Assembly: GCA_944383035.1 (NCBI GenBank)
Contig: CALWOE010000001.1
Span: 1-58,802 of the forward strand
Reading direction: 5' to 3'
Source: an uncultured Clostridia bacterium
Lineage (GTDB): Bacteria; Bacillota; Clostridia; TANB77; CAG-465
DNA: 58,802 bases
A program made the translations under genes and the position numbers. Positions 29,239-39,705 of the stretch are shown here, piece by piece. The notes under the pieces were generated by a model that was not told where the DNA came from, did not search any database, and saw nothing but the letters and a program-made list of their open reading frames with translations. The first letter of the stretch is position 1. Each line of letters starts with the position of its first letter.

Positions 29239-29421
29239 ATGAATAGTTTAAATCAAATTGAATTACAAAATATACGTCACATATGTGGACACTCTACAAC
29301 TTTTTGTGATAAGATTTCTTATTACAAAACTTTAACTTCTGATCAAAATGTTACAAACATTTTAGATCAATTAAATACTGAGCTTTGCAATTTAAAAAAT
29401 GAGCTTAAGTGTATGTTATAG
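29239..29421 (+). CDS. Small CotF-like/spore-coat-associated protein (tentative)
   Basis: The start is moved to ATG 29239 behind a GAGGAGG RBS. 60 aa. Paired with the next CotF-like ORF. Confidence 0.5.
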   Translation: MNSLNQIELQNIRHICGHSTTFCDKISYYKTLTSDQNVTNILDQLNTELCNLKNELKCML

Positions 29422-29433
29422 GAGGTGTTTTAT

Positions 29434-29679
29434 ATGAATGAAAAAACAGCAATAAGCGATGTTTTATCATCAACAAATACTATGATTACTTTACTTAATT
29501 ATTCAATCGAACAAGCAAACAATAAAAATTTTAGAGATGATCTAAGAAATGCAAGAAACAAATTAGAAAGTTTACAATGGGAAGTTTATACATGTGCTAA
29601 AGATAAAGGATACTATGTTCCAGCAGCACCAGGTGGTATGGCTGACGTTGAACAAGTAAAAAATAGCGTTACAAAATAA
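29434..29679 (+). CDS. Spore coat protein F-like (Coat_F domain, tentative)
   Basis: The start is moved to ATG 29434 behind a GGAGG RBS. The pattern DVLSSTNTMITLLNYSIEQANNKNFRDDL...KGYYVPA resembles the Coat_F domain. Confidence 0.6.
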   Translation: MNEKTAISDVLSSTNTMITLLNYSIEQANNKNFRDDLRNARNKLESLQWEVYTCAKDKGYYVPAAPGGMADVEQVKNSVTK

Positions 29680-29723
29680 AAAATATAAAAAGCTTGAAAT
29701 ATTTTAAATTTCAAGCTTTTATT

Positions 29724-30764
29724 TTAATTTAATGTTACAGGATAATCTTTTGGAACAAGTTGTACATATGTTATTCCATCATTTAAAGTTATTTCATTAC
29801 CTTCTAAATCCTTAAAATATGTTTTTGATTTATCAGAAGCTTTAGACCATGTTATTTCAATACATTTTCCTTCTGTTAAATAATATCCTGTTCCTGTACC
29901 AATATTTTCTAATTCTTGTCTTCCTTTTGTTTCAGTATCTGGTAAATTATAATTATTAACATACATTATAACTATATTTTTTGCATAATAATGATTTCCT
30001 GTTTCTCTATCTTTATCTGCTACACCTCTCATATATCTATAATATACTTTATCTGTAGCATTATATGTATAAGATGTATTATGCAAATTTGAATATTTAA
30101 TATATATATTATTTACATCAGTTGCATTTTTTAATTCAACACTTTTTGCCGAATAATTATATAATGGTTTATCAGAAGATGTAACTTGTAAATAATTTTT
30201 CTTTGTTGCAAATTCTCTAATATTTTCCATACTAGAAAAAGCATTATGGTACCCGTAACCAACTCTCCAAAAATATGAATCATATATACCATTAATATTA
30301 TTTACATTATATTTTTTTATATATTCCTCAGCCTTAGGACTCCAACCAAAATGAGCAAATATAGCATTATGTTCCATTACATAGTGAACAAAATAATGTC
30401 TTGTACTTCTAATAGGTCCTACTTTTGAAGTATCTTTATTTTGAAAAAAAGCCAAAAGTCTTGTTTCTCCACCTTCTATTATCATTTCATAAATCATATA
30501 TGCATCTTGTAGACCAGAATGAGGCCAAGCAGCTCTTTCATTATCTATAGATACTGCTATTGGTCTAGTATTTCCACTATATATATTTATTTTTTCCTCA
30601 TATACTCCTTCATCTACATTATCTATCTGATTGTCTAAGTTATCATTTGCAAGAGATGTTAATTCTATTTTATTTCTAAAATAATAGATTAAAAATATAG
30701 TTGTACCTATTATAGCAAATGTCAAAAATAGCACTATAAATATTTTTAATTTTGATTTTTTCAT
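29724..30764 (-). CDS. DUF3048 (YerB-like) secreted/membrane-anchored protein
   Basis: N-terminal TM anchor. Block PIAVSIDNERAAWPHSGLQDAYMIYEMIIEGGETRLLAFF is characteristic of the YerB/DUF3048 family. Confidence 0.78.
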   Translation of the reverse strand: MKKSKLKIFIVLFLTFAIIGTTIFLIYYFRNKIELTSLANDNLDNQIDNVDEGVYEEKINIYSGNTRPIAVSIDNERAAWPHSGLQDAYMIYEMIIEGGETRLLAFFQNKDTSKVGPIRSTRHYFVHYVMEHNAIFAHFGWSPKAEEYIKKYNVNNINGIYDSYFWRVGYGYHNAFSSMENIREFATKKNYLQVTSSDKPLYNYSAKSVELKNATDVNNIYIKYSNLHNTSYTYNATDKVYYRYMRGVADKDRETGNHYYAKNIVIMYVNNYNLPDTETKGRQELENIGTGTGYYLTEGKCIEITWSKASDKSKTYFKDLEGNEITLNDGITYVQLVPKDYPVTLN

Positions 30765-30780
30765 AAAATCACCACTTTTA

Positions 30781-31338
30781 TTATTTTATTTTTTCTTTAT
30801 CACTTATCTCTTTTTGTTTACCGTCATTTTCTATATCTTTTGTAGCTTGTTCTACAACTTCTTGTTTTATAACTTCTATGTCTTCTTTGACATTTTTTGT
30901 TTTTTCATTTTCTGTAATTTTCTTATCTTCTTTATTTTTCTGTTTTAACTGTACTTTTTGTATTTTATTTTTATCTAACATAGGATTTAATATATATTTT
31001 ATAAAAAATTCTAAATAAAGTTCCTTTGCTTGATCTTTTTTTAACTTTTTTTTGACTTTAGTACTATCTGTTGTAGATACCAAATAAAATTCTCCATTAT
31101 CATAATACAAAGCTTCTGTACCATCAACTAAAATCATTCTTTTATCATTTACATTAGAAATCTTTTCATCAAGTTCATTTAGTATCTTATCAAAATTTAC
31201 ATCTTCTTTTATTTTATTATATAAAATTTTTAACTCTGCTTGAGAATATGTCTTCCCAGCTTTTATTTTATCAGTAATTTCTTTTAATTCTACTAAATCA
31301 TAATAATCATACTCATTTTGTATATTTTTATCTTCCAT
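30781..31338 (-). CDS. Hypothetical Lys/Glu-rich protein
   Basis: 185 aa. Its start overlaps the mrnC stop by 11 nt, which suggests translational coupling. I recognise no family. Confidence 0.55.
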   Translation of the reverse strand: MEDKNIQNEYDYYDLVELKEITDKIKAGKTYSQAELKILYNKIKEDVNFDKILNELDEKISNVNDKRMILVDGTEALYYDNGEFYLVSTTDSTKVKKKLKKDQAKELYLEFFIKYILNPMLDKNKIQKVQLKQKNKEDKKITENEKTKNVKEDIEVIKQEVVEQATKDIENDGKQKEISDKEKIK

Positions 31339-31744
31339 TTGATACCTCCATATTCGTTATCTCAATGCTTTTTTTTATAATTTCTTCTAATCTATTTATA
31401 TTTTTAGTTAAATATAAATAACCAATTAAAGCTTCAAATCCAGTAGCTTTTTTATATCTTACAACATCTACGTTTTTTGATACATTTTGTATATTTGTAT
31501 TTCTACCTCTTTTATATATATTAATTTCTTCCTCTGATAAATCATTTAATATATTATCTATAACTTTAGCTTGTCCAGCAGCACTTATATATTTTATTGA
31601 TTCTACATGTAACTTACCAGTTTTTTCGTTACTAATTGATGAAAGATACATTTTTATATATAAATTATGCACTGCATCTCCTATGAAAGCTAAAGTTTGC
31701 ATTGATACCTTTTGTAAATCTATATTTTTTATATATTCTTCCAT
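31328..31744 (-). CDS. mrnC: Mini-ribonuclease 3
   Basis: LAFIGDAVHNLYIKMYL (RNase III-like signature of Mini-III), 138 aa. Confidence 0.85.
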   Translation of the reverse strand: MEEYIKNIDLQKVSMQTLAFIGDAVHNLYIKMYLSSISNEKTGKLHVESIKYISAAGQAKVIDNILNDLSEEEINIYKRGRNTNIQNVSKNVDVVRYKKATGFEALIGYLYLTKNINRLEEIIKKSIEITNMEVSNGR

Positions 31745-31831
31745 AGTGTCTCCTTTTATAATAATTTTATTATATATTATTTTTATTTATTTTTCAACAA
31801 ATTGTGATATAAATTTATAATGTAAAAAAAC

Positions 31832-31877
31832 AAAAAAGACAAATGTGAATATTTAATATCACATTTGCCTTTTTTTA
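31832..31877 (-). terminator. Terminator of groES-groEL
   Basis: Minus strand GGCAAATGTGATA-TTAAA-TATTCACATTTGTC followed by TTTTTT. Confidence 0.75.
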
Positions 31878-31888
31878 TCCTAATATTT

Positions 31889-33520
<1,632 letters not shown>

Positions 33521-33533
33521 TTATCATTCCTCC

Positions 33534-33830
<297 letters not shown>

Positions 33831-33837
33831 TTAATTT

Positions 33838-33864
33838 TTAGCACTCTCTTTATTTAAGTGCTAA
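33838..33864. promoter_or_regulatory. CIRCE operator (HrcA binding site) upstream of groES
   Basis: TTAGCACTC-tctttattt-AAGTGCTAA. This differs by one base from the consensus TTAGCACTC-N9-GAGTGCTAA. Confidence 0.9.
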
Positions 33865-34053
33865 CATATTATATCACTTTTTTTTTATAGTTTCAATAGA
33901 TGAAATAAAAATATACAATAAATTATATATTTTTTAATTTAATTTATTCCAAAATATTTAATAAATATTATTTTTAATTTTATTAAATAAATTTTTATAT
34001 TTAATTTTTTTACTAATTATATTTTGAACTAATTAGTTTTATATTGTAAAAAT

Positions 34054-34371
34054 ATGAATAATTTTTACAAAAGATTTATTAATCTGGTTTTAACTTTTAT
34101 TATGATCATATCATGTAGTAGTATAGCTTTTACCTCAGAGATAACGGGTGGTGAAAAAGTAAATACTGATATGACATTAGAATTTATTTCTCCAGAAGAA
34201 TTAAAAATATGTAATGATGTAACTCAAAGCCATTTTATGGTAATTTTGGGATATGCTATTGTTGATAATGAAAAATATATATATGTTTGTACAGGTCTTA
34301 TAAATCCAGTATTTTCATATTTAAAATGGGGAACAGATACTTTAAGAATGCGTTCAGTTAACATTTTTTAA
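34054..34371 (+). CDS. Putative small lipoprotein/secreted protein
   Basis: Signal-peptide-like N-terminus with a lipobox-like MIISC. No convincing RBS. Confidence 0.4.
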   Translation: MNNFYKRFINLVLTFIMIISCSSIAFTSEITGGEKVNTDMTLEFISPEELKICNDVTQSHFMVILGYAIVDNEKYIYVCTGLINPVFSYLKWGTDTLRMRSVNIF

Positions 34372-34554
34372 CTACAATTTAGATTGGTTAATAAAAGATA
34401 CTACTTTTTAGTGTATATTAATAAAAAGAAGTAAAATAGGAAGTCTTATTTAATTGAGCCTAAATTATTAGACAAAAAGTTTAATAAGGTATAGGGACAG
34501 TAGATATTGACTTCCTATTTTTTATATGTTATATTAAAAAAAAGGAGTGACTTT

Positions 34555-34983
34555 ATGAAGAAAAAAAATTTAATTATATTTATAATTATAATTATCATAT
34601 TAGTTATTTTCTTTATATTATCAAATAGAGAAATTAGTATAAAAGAAAGTACTTTAAAAAAGATATTTACTTTAAATAATTATGAAAATGTAGAAATTTT
34701 TTTTATTGATATAGTAGGAAATAAACAGGAAAGTATAGATAATAAAGATAAAAAAATATTGTTTTTAAATTCTATAAAAGATGAAAGAATAAAGCCTATA
34801 TTTGAAAATCCCGATAAAATAAATTCTAATGAAGCATATAGAATGTTAATTGAATATAATAATAAGCAATATAGATTATTAATTTTCTCTAATAATACAC
34901 TTGTAATTAATAAAAAACGTTATTCAACTAAAAATAATTTATATGAACTAGTGTCATCTATATTTGATAATGGTTCGTTATAA
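34555..34983 (+). CDS. Membrane-anchored hypothetical protein
   Basis: The start is moved to ATG 34555 (AAAGGAG RBS). N-terminal TM (IIFIIIIIILVIFFIL). 142 aa. Confidence 0.55.
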   Translation: MKKKNLIIFIIIIIILVIFFILSNREISIKESTLKKIFTLNNYENVEIFFIDIVGNKQESIDNKDKKILFLNSIKDERIKPIFENPDKINSNEAYRMLIEYNNKQYRLLIFSNNTLVINKKRYSTKNNLYELVSSIFDNGSL

Positions 34984-35408
34984 TATTTAGATTTATTAAT
35001 AATATTATTATTTTTGTATATTAATAAATTATAGAAATATTTTATTTTTTATTTTATAAAAATTATGATAAATAAAAGTAATTTAATAAAAAAAGAAAAG
35101 ATAAATTAATAAAATACAAATATTTGACTATTAAAAGATATTAAAAATTATAATATAAAAATATAGTAATAAAAAAATTAAATTAATTCTTAAAGATATA
35201 TTATAGTCAATATCTATATTTTTATTTTATACTTATGCTTGATACCAGTAATGAGAACTTAATGCACTTGTTTTTAGTTTAAGACCGTATTTATTAGCTT
35301 GTTTTACAATTTCAGGTACTTTTAATAAGACTTTAAACATTATGTTTACCCATGATATTTACTTTATACGTATCAACATTTATTTTTAATTTTTTTGGAA
35401 TGTTTTTT

Positions 35409-35442
35409 AAAAATGAGTGAAGTTTTTTTCACTCATTTTTTT
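35409..35442. terminator. Hairpin A of a duplicated terminator (AATGAGTGAA arms)
   Basis: AATGAGTGAA-N6-TTCACTCATT flanked by an A-run and a T-run, so it could act in both directions. Confidence 0.6.
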
Positions 35443-35467
35443 ATAAATAGTGTATTTTTTAATTACA

Positions 35468-35495
35468 AAAAATGAGTGAAAATTCACTCATTTAA
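35468..35495 (-). terminator. Hairpin B, proximal terminator of copA
   Basis: Same 10-nt arms AATGAGTGAA/TTCACTCATT. On the minus strand it is followed by TTTTTT. Confidence 0.7.
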
Positions 35496-35548
35496 TTTAT
35501 CAGTATAAATATTTTTATATATAATTAATAATTAATAATTAATAATTT

Positions 35549-37765
35549 TTATTTGTTATTTTTTGTTTTAAATAAATTTATTCTTAAGGCATTCAATATT
35601 ACAGATATTGAACTTAAACTCATAGCAAGAGCTGCAAACATTGGAGATATAAGTGAATGTGTTATAGGATATAAAACTCCACATGCAATTGGTATACAAA
35701 TTGCATTATAGAAAAATGCCCAAAATAGATTTTCTTTTATAACTTTAAAAATATATTTACTTAGCATTATTGCATTATATACATCATAAATATCATTTTT
35801 CATTAAAACAACGTTTGCACTATTTGTTGCAATATCAGTTCCACTACTAATTGCAATTCCAACTGTTGCTGCAGTTAATGCTGGTGAATCATTTATTCCA
35901 TCACCTACCATTGCAACTTTTTTACCATCTTTAATTAAATCTTTAATAAAATTAGTTTTATCTTCTGGTAACATACTAGCTTTTATATTTTTTATTCCAA
36001 TTTTCTTACCTATATTTTTAGCTGAATTATATATATCACCTGTTAACATATATGTTTTTATATCTTTATTAGTAAGTTTTTTAATTAATTCTTTACTTTC
36101 TTTTCTTTCAATGTCAGATACAGCAATTATTCCACTTAATTTATTACTAATAACAACAAACATTACTGTACTTCCATCATTATACATTTTTTCATATACT
36201 TTTTTATGTTTTGTTATATCTATCTTTAAGTCGTAAATTAATTTTTCATTACCAATATATATTTCTTTACCATCTAATTTTCCATATATCCCTTTACCAA
36301 TAATACTCATATAACTATCTGCTTTTTTTAATTCAACATTTTTCTCTTTAGCATAGTCTACTATTGCAAGAGATAATGGATGAGAAGAAAGTGCTTCTAC
36401 AGCATATATACATTCTAACAATTTATTTTTATTTATATCTATTTCTTTTATATTTGTAACAAATGGTTTTCCAACAGTTAAAGTACCTGTTTTATCAAAA
36501 ACAACTGTATCTACTTTACTTAAGTTTTCTATTGCTTCTGCCTCTTTAAACAATATACCTAAACTTGCTGCCTTACCAGTACCTACAATAACAGATACTG
36601 GAGTTGCTATTCCAAGTGCACACGGACATGATATTACAAGAACAGATACAAAAACTTTAACTAAAAATGCAAAATCAAATCCAATTATTGCCCAAACTAT
36701 TGTTGCAATTATAGCTATTGCAAGAACTATATATGTAAAATATCCTGAAACTATATCTGTTATTCTTTGTGTTGGAGCTTTTGATACTTGTGCTTTTTTT
36801 ACCAAGTCTATGATATGAGCTATCATTGTATCAGATCCTATTTTTGCCACCTTAAATTTTATATATCCATTATTTAAAATTGTACCGGCAATAACTTTTT
36901 CTCCAACTGTTTTATCTTTTGGTATACTCTCACCTGTTACCATTGATTCATCAATACTTGCAATTCCATCTATTATTTCACCGTCAACTGGTACTCTCTC
37001 ACCAGTTTTTAATTCTACAATATCATTTAATAAAATTTCATCTACTTTTAAAGTAAGTTTATTTCCATTACGTATAACAACACTTAATTTTGGTTTTAAA
37101 TTTATTAATTTATTTAATTGCTCACCAGTTTTAACTTTGGATTTTTCCTCTAAATATCTTCCAAGTTCCACAAGAGTTATAATTGTAGCAGTTGATTCAA
37201 AATATAATGTTGATAAAAATTCTGTATGTCCCATTATAACCATAATAAAAGAATAAACACTATATAAATATGAGGCTGATGTTCCTACTGCAACTAATGT
37301 ATCCATATTTGGTATTTTCTTAAAAAGCAATCTAAATCCTACTACATAAAATTTGTATCCAAGTAAAACTACAATTGTTGATAATATAAACTGAGAGAAT
37401 GCAAAATTTACACTATGTGTATGCATATTCAAAAAATTGGGAAGTGGTAAACCTATCATATGCCCCATCGATATGTACATAAGAAGTACTGTTGTTATTA
37501 TAGATACAATTAATTTAAATAATTTTAAATTAAATTTACTTTTTTTCTTTTCTTTTTCTTCATCATTAATTATATAAAAACCTAATGATTTTACAGTATT
37601 TTCTATCTCCTCAAAAGTAATATTATTGTTATACTCAATATCCATTGTTTCTGTTGCAAAACTTACTTCTACAGATACAACGCCATCTTTTTTCTTTAAT
37701 AATCTTTCAAGACCAGATGAACATGCTACACATGTCATTCCACCTATTTTATATGTTTGTTTCAT
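35549..37765 (-). CDS. copA: Copper-translocating P1B-type ATPase
   Basis: N-terminal HMA domain GMTCVACS, CPC transmembrane motif (ISCPCALGIATP), DKTGTLT, GDGINDSPAL. 738 aa. Confidence 0.93.
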   Translation of the reverse strand: MKQTYKIGGMTCVACSSGLERLLKKKDGVVSVEVSFATETMDIEYNNNITFEEIENTVKSLGFYIINDEEKEKKKSKFNLKLFKLIVSIITTVLLMYISMGHMIGLPLPNFLNMHTHSVNFAFSQFILSTIVVLLGYKFYVVGFRLLFKKIPNMDTLVAVGTSASYLYSVYSFIMVIMGHTEFLSTLYFESTATIITLVELGRYLEEKSKVKTGEQLNKLINLKPKLSVVIRNGNKLTLKVDEILLNDIVELKTGERVPVDGEIIDGIASIDESMVTGESIPKDKTVGEKVIAGTILNNGYIKFKVAKIGSDTMIAHIIDLVKKAQVSKAPTQRITDIVSGYFTYIVLAIAIIATIVWAIIGFDFAFLVKVFVSVLVISCPCALGIATPVSVIVGTGKAASLGILFKEAEAIENLSKVDTVVFDKTGTLTVGKPFVTNIKEIDINKNKLLECIYAVEALSSHPLSLAIVDYAKEKNVELKKADSYMSIIGKGIYGKLDGKEIYIGNEKLIYDLKIDITKHKKVYEKMYNDGSTVMFVVISNKLSGIIAVSDIERKESKELIKKLTNKDIKTYMLTGDIYNSAKNIGKKIGIKNIKASMLPEDKTNFIKDLIKDGKKVAMVGDGINDSPALTAATVGIAISSGTDIATNSANVVLMKNDIYDVYNAIMLSKYIFKVIKENLFWAFFYNAICIPIACGVLYPITHSLISPMFAALAMSLSSISVILNALRINLFKTKNNK

Positions 37766-37779
37766 TAAAACCTCCTTCC

Positions 37780-37812
37780 AAAAAATAGTTAAAGATTAAC
37801 TTTAACTATTCA
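37780..37812. repeat. 33-nt hairpin repeat, copy 1 (between proS stop and copA RBS)
   Basis: AAAAAATAGTTAAAGATTAACTTTAACTATTCA is identical to 39673-39705. On the minus strand it folds as AATAGTTAAAG-TTAAT-CTTTAACTATT plus TTTTTT. Confidence 0.9.
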
Positions 37813-37834
37813 ATCTAATTATAAAAAAATATTA

Positions 37835-39271
37835 TTAATATTGTTTTCCCCATATTACCATTTTATTTGCTTTTTTTCCGCAACATACACAAACATCTCC
37901 AATATTTTCTTGTTCAAATGGCATACATCTAGATTTAGCTGTAGTCAACTCTTTTATTTTTGCTTCACATTCGCTACTACCACACCACATAGCTTTTATA
38001 AATCCTTGCTCTTCATTCATATTATTTTGGAATTCTTCTAAATTAGATGCTGTAGTTGTTTTTTGTACCATTCTTTTTTTACATTTCTCAAACATATTTT
38101 CATGAATATTATTTAATAACTTATCTATATAATTTTCTAATTCTTCTAATTTTATAATTGATTTTTCTAAAGTATCTCTTCTAACAACTACGCAAACTCC
38201 ATTTTCTATATCTCTTGGACCTATTTCTATTCTTATTGGAACACCTTTCATTTCCCAATAATTAAATTTGTAACCTGGTGATACTTGATCTTTTAAATCA
38301 ATTTCAACTCTATATTTATTCTTTAATGAATTATATATTTCTTCTGCTTTTTCTTTAACACCGTCTTTATGTATTGCTATTGGTACTATAACCACTTGAA
38401 TTGGTGCTACTTTTGGAGGTAATTTCAATCCTCTATTATCACCATGAGCCATAATTATTGCACCGATCATTCTAGTAGATATTCCCCAAGAAGTTTGATA
38501 AGGATATTTTTGTTTTCCATCTCTATCTTGAAATTTTACATCAAAAGCCTTTGTAAAATTCTGTCCAAAATAATGTGATGTTCCAAGTTGTAAAGCTTTT
38601 CCATCATACATCATTGCTTCTATTGTATATGTTCTATCTGCGCCTGCAAACTTTTCTGTTTCTGTTTTTATACCTTTTATTACTGGTATAGCTAAAAAAT
38701 TTTCTGCAACATCTACATATATTTCAAGCATTTTTAAAGTTCTTTCTATGGCTTCTTCTTTGGTTTCATGAATTGTATGTCCTTCTTGCCATAAAAATTC
38801 TCTTGAACGTAAAAATGGTCTTGTTTCTTTTTCCCATCTTAATACATTACACCATTGATTATATACAAATGGTAAATCTCTCCACGAACTTAACCACTTT
38901 TTATACATTGTCATAATTATTGTTTCAGATGTTGGTCTTATACATAATCTTTCTTCTAGTTTTTCTTCTCCGGCTTCTGTTACCCATGCTACTTCAGGGG
39001 CAAATCCTTCCACATGATCTTTTTCTTTTTGAAGCATACTTTCTGGAATTAATAATGGGAAATAAGTATTTTTTACACCAGATTTCTTAAACAGATTATC
39101 TGCATAATTTTGAATATTTTCCCATATAGAATATCCATATGGTTTTATTGCAATACAACCTTTTGTGTCTGTATAATCAGCTAATTCTGTTTTTATTACA
39201 ATATCTGTATACCATCTTGCAAAATCATCATCTATATTAGTAATTTCTTTTACAAATTCATCTTTTTTCAT
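37835..39271 (-). CDS. proS: Prolyl-tRNA synthetase, archaeal/eukaryote-like type
   Basis: 478 aa. It lacks the bacterial-type insertion (editing) domain and has a C-terminal Zn-binding domain (CGSSECEAKIKE...CVCCGKKANKMVIWGKQY). Class II motifs are present. Confidence 0.92.
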   Translation of the reverse strand: MKKDEFVKEITNIDDDFARWYTDIVIKTELADYTDTKGCIAIKPYGYSIWENIQNYADNLFKKSGVKNTYFPLLIPESMLQKEKDHVEGFAPEVAWVTEAGEEKLEERLCIRPTSETIIMTMYKKWLSSWRDLPFVYNQWCNVLRWEKETRPFLRSREFLWQEGHTIHETKEEAIERTLKMLEIYVDVAENFLAIPVIKGIKTETEKFAGADRTYTIEAMMYDGKALQLGTSHYFGQNFTKAFDVKFQDRDGKQKYPYQTSWGISTRMIGAIIMAHGDNRGLKLPPKVAPIQVVIVPIAIHKDGVKEKAEEIYNSLKNKYRVEIDLKDQVSPGYKFNYWEMKGVPIRIEIGPRDIENGVCVVVRRDTLEKSIIKLEELENYIDKLLNNIHENMFEKCKKRMVQKTTTASNLEEFQNNMNEEQGFIKAMWCGSSECEAKIKELTTAKSRCMPFEQENIGDVCVCCGKKANKMVIWGKQY

Positions 39272-39328
39272 ATTTAATATTATTCCTTTCTAATTTATTA
39301 TAATATAAAAGAATATATTATAATAATT

Positions 39329-39357
39329 ATTATACAATACCTTTTTATAATTTTCAA
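39329..39357 (-). promoter_or_regulatory. proS promoter
   Basis: Minus strand TTGAAA, 17-nt spacer, TATAAT, about 55 nt upstream of the proS ATG. Confidence 0.55.
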
Positions 39358-39397
39358 TATAATATATAATAAAGATTATCTAGGCTATTTATTATAC

Positions 39398-39541
39398 TTA
39401 ATTACATAATTTGTAATAAAATATTTTTCTTCTATATTTAGGTATAAATACTATATGATATTTGCAATTCCATTTAGTATGTGATAAACTTATTAAGTCA
39501 TCACTATTATTTTTTATTTCTTTTTTAAATATATTAGTCAT
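39398..39541 (-). pseudogene. IS200/IS605-family TnpA (Y1 transposase), N-terminal 47-codon remnant
   Basis: MTNIFKKEIKNNSDDLISLSHTKWNCKYHIVFIPKYRRKIFYYKLCN* carries the hallmark HTKWNCKYHIVFIPKYRRK block, then stops after ~45 of the ~150 expected residues. It is not in the ORF track because it is under 60 aa. Confidence 0.75.
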
Positions 39542-39660
39542 GATAAAAACTCCCTTCATTTTTTCTTATACTTGCCGAAATGTATAAGTATTATATCATG
39601 AAGGGAGTTTTTTTACTACAAAGCTTAAGCCTACTTTACTACCGGCACAGCCGGAAGTTT
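39398..39660 (-). mobile_element. IS200-like element remnant (left end plus truncated tnpA; right end missing)
   Basis: GC-rich subterminal hairpin CCGGC-TGT-GCCGG (39642-54). A 13-bp stem AAACTCCCTTCAT/ATGAAGGGAGTTT (39547-39610) sequesters the GAAGGGAG RBS of tnpA, as described for IS200. Confidence 0.65.
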
Positions 39661-39672
39661 ATTTACAATAAT

Positions 39673-39705
39673 AAAAAATAGTTAAAGATTAACTTTAACT
39701 ATTCA
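39673..39705. repeat. 33-nt hairpin repeat, copy 2 (overlaps the scpA stop codon)
   Basis: Identical to 37780-37812. It contributes the last two sense codons and the TAG stop of scpA. Confidence 0.9.

Noticed and set aside
35233-35340. A 35-codon minus-strand ORF (MFKVLLKVPEIVKQANKYGLKLKTSALSSHYWYQA) in the long AT-rich spacer downstream of copA. It might be a gene remnant.
   Set aside because: It has no RBS and no family I can recognise, and it is too short to support. The region is noted only as slightly less AT-rich than its surroundings.
35521-35548. A short tandem repeat, (ATAATTA) x about 4, just after the copA stop. I considered a CRISPR or regulatory array.
   Set aside because: It is a 7-nt microsatellite in AT-rich DNA with no spacers or longer repeats. 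Nothing CRISPR-like occurs anywhere in the window.
39272-39698. I expected a T-box or other leader upstream of proS.
   Set aside because: I found no specifier-loop/T-box (AGGGTGGTACCGCG-like) sequence. The stem-loops present are explained by an IS200 left end, namely the RBS-sequestering hairpin and the subterminal hairpin. A plain TTGAAA-17-TATAAT promoter lies close to proS.
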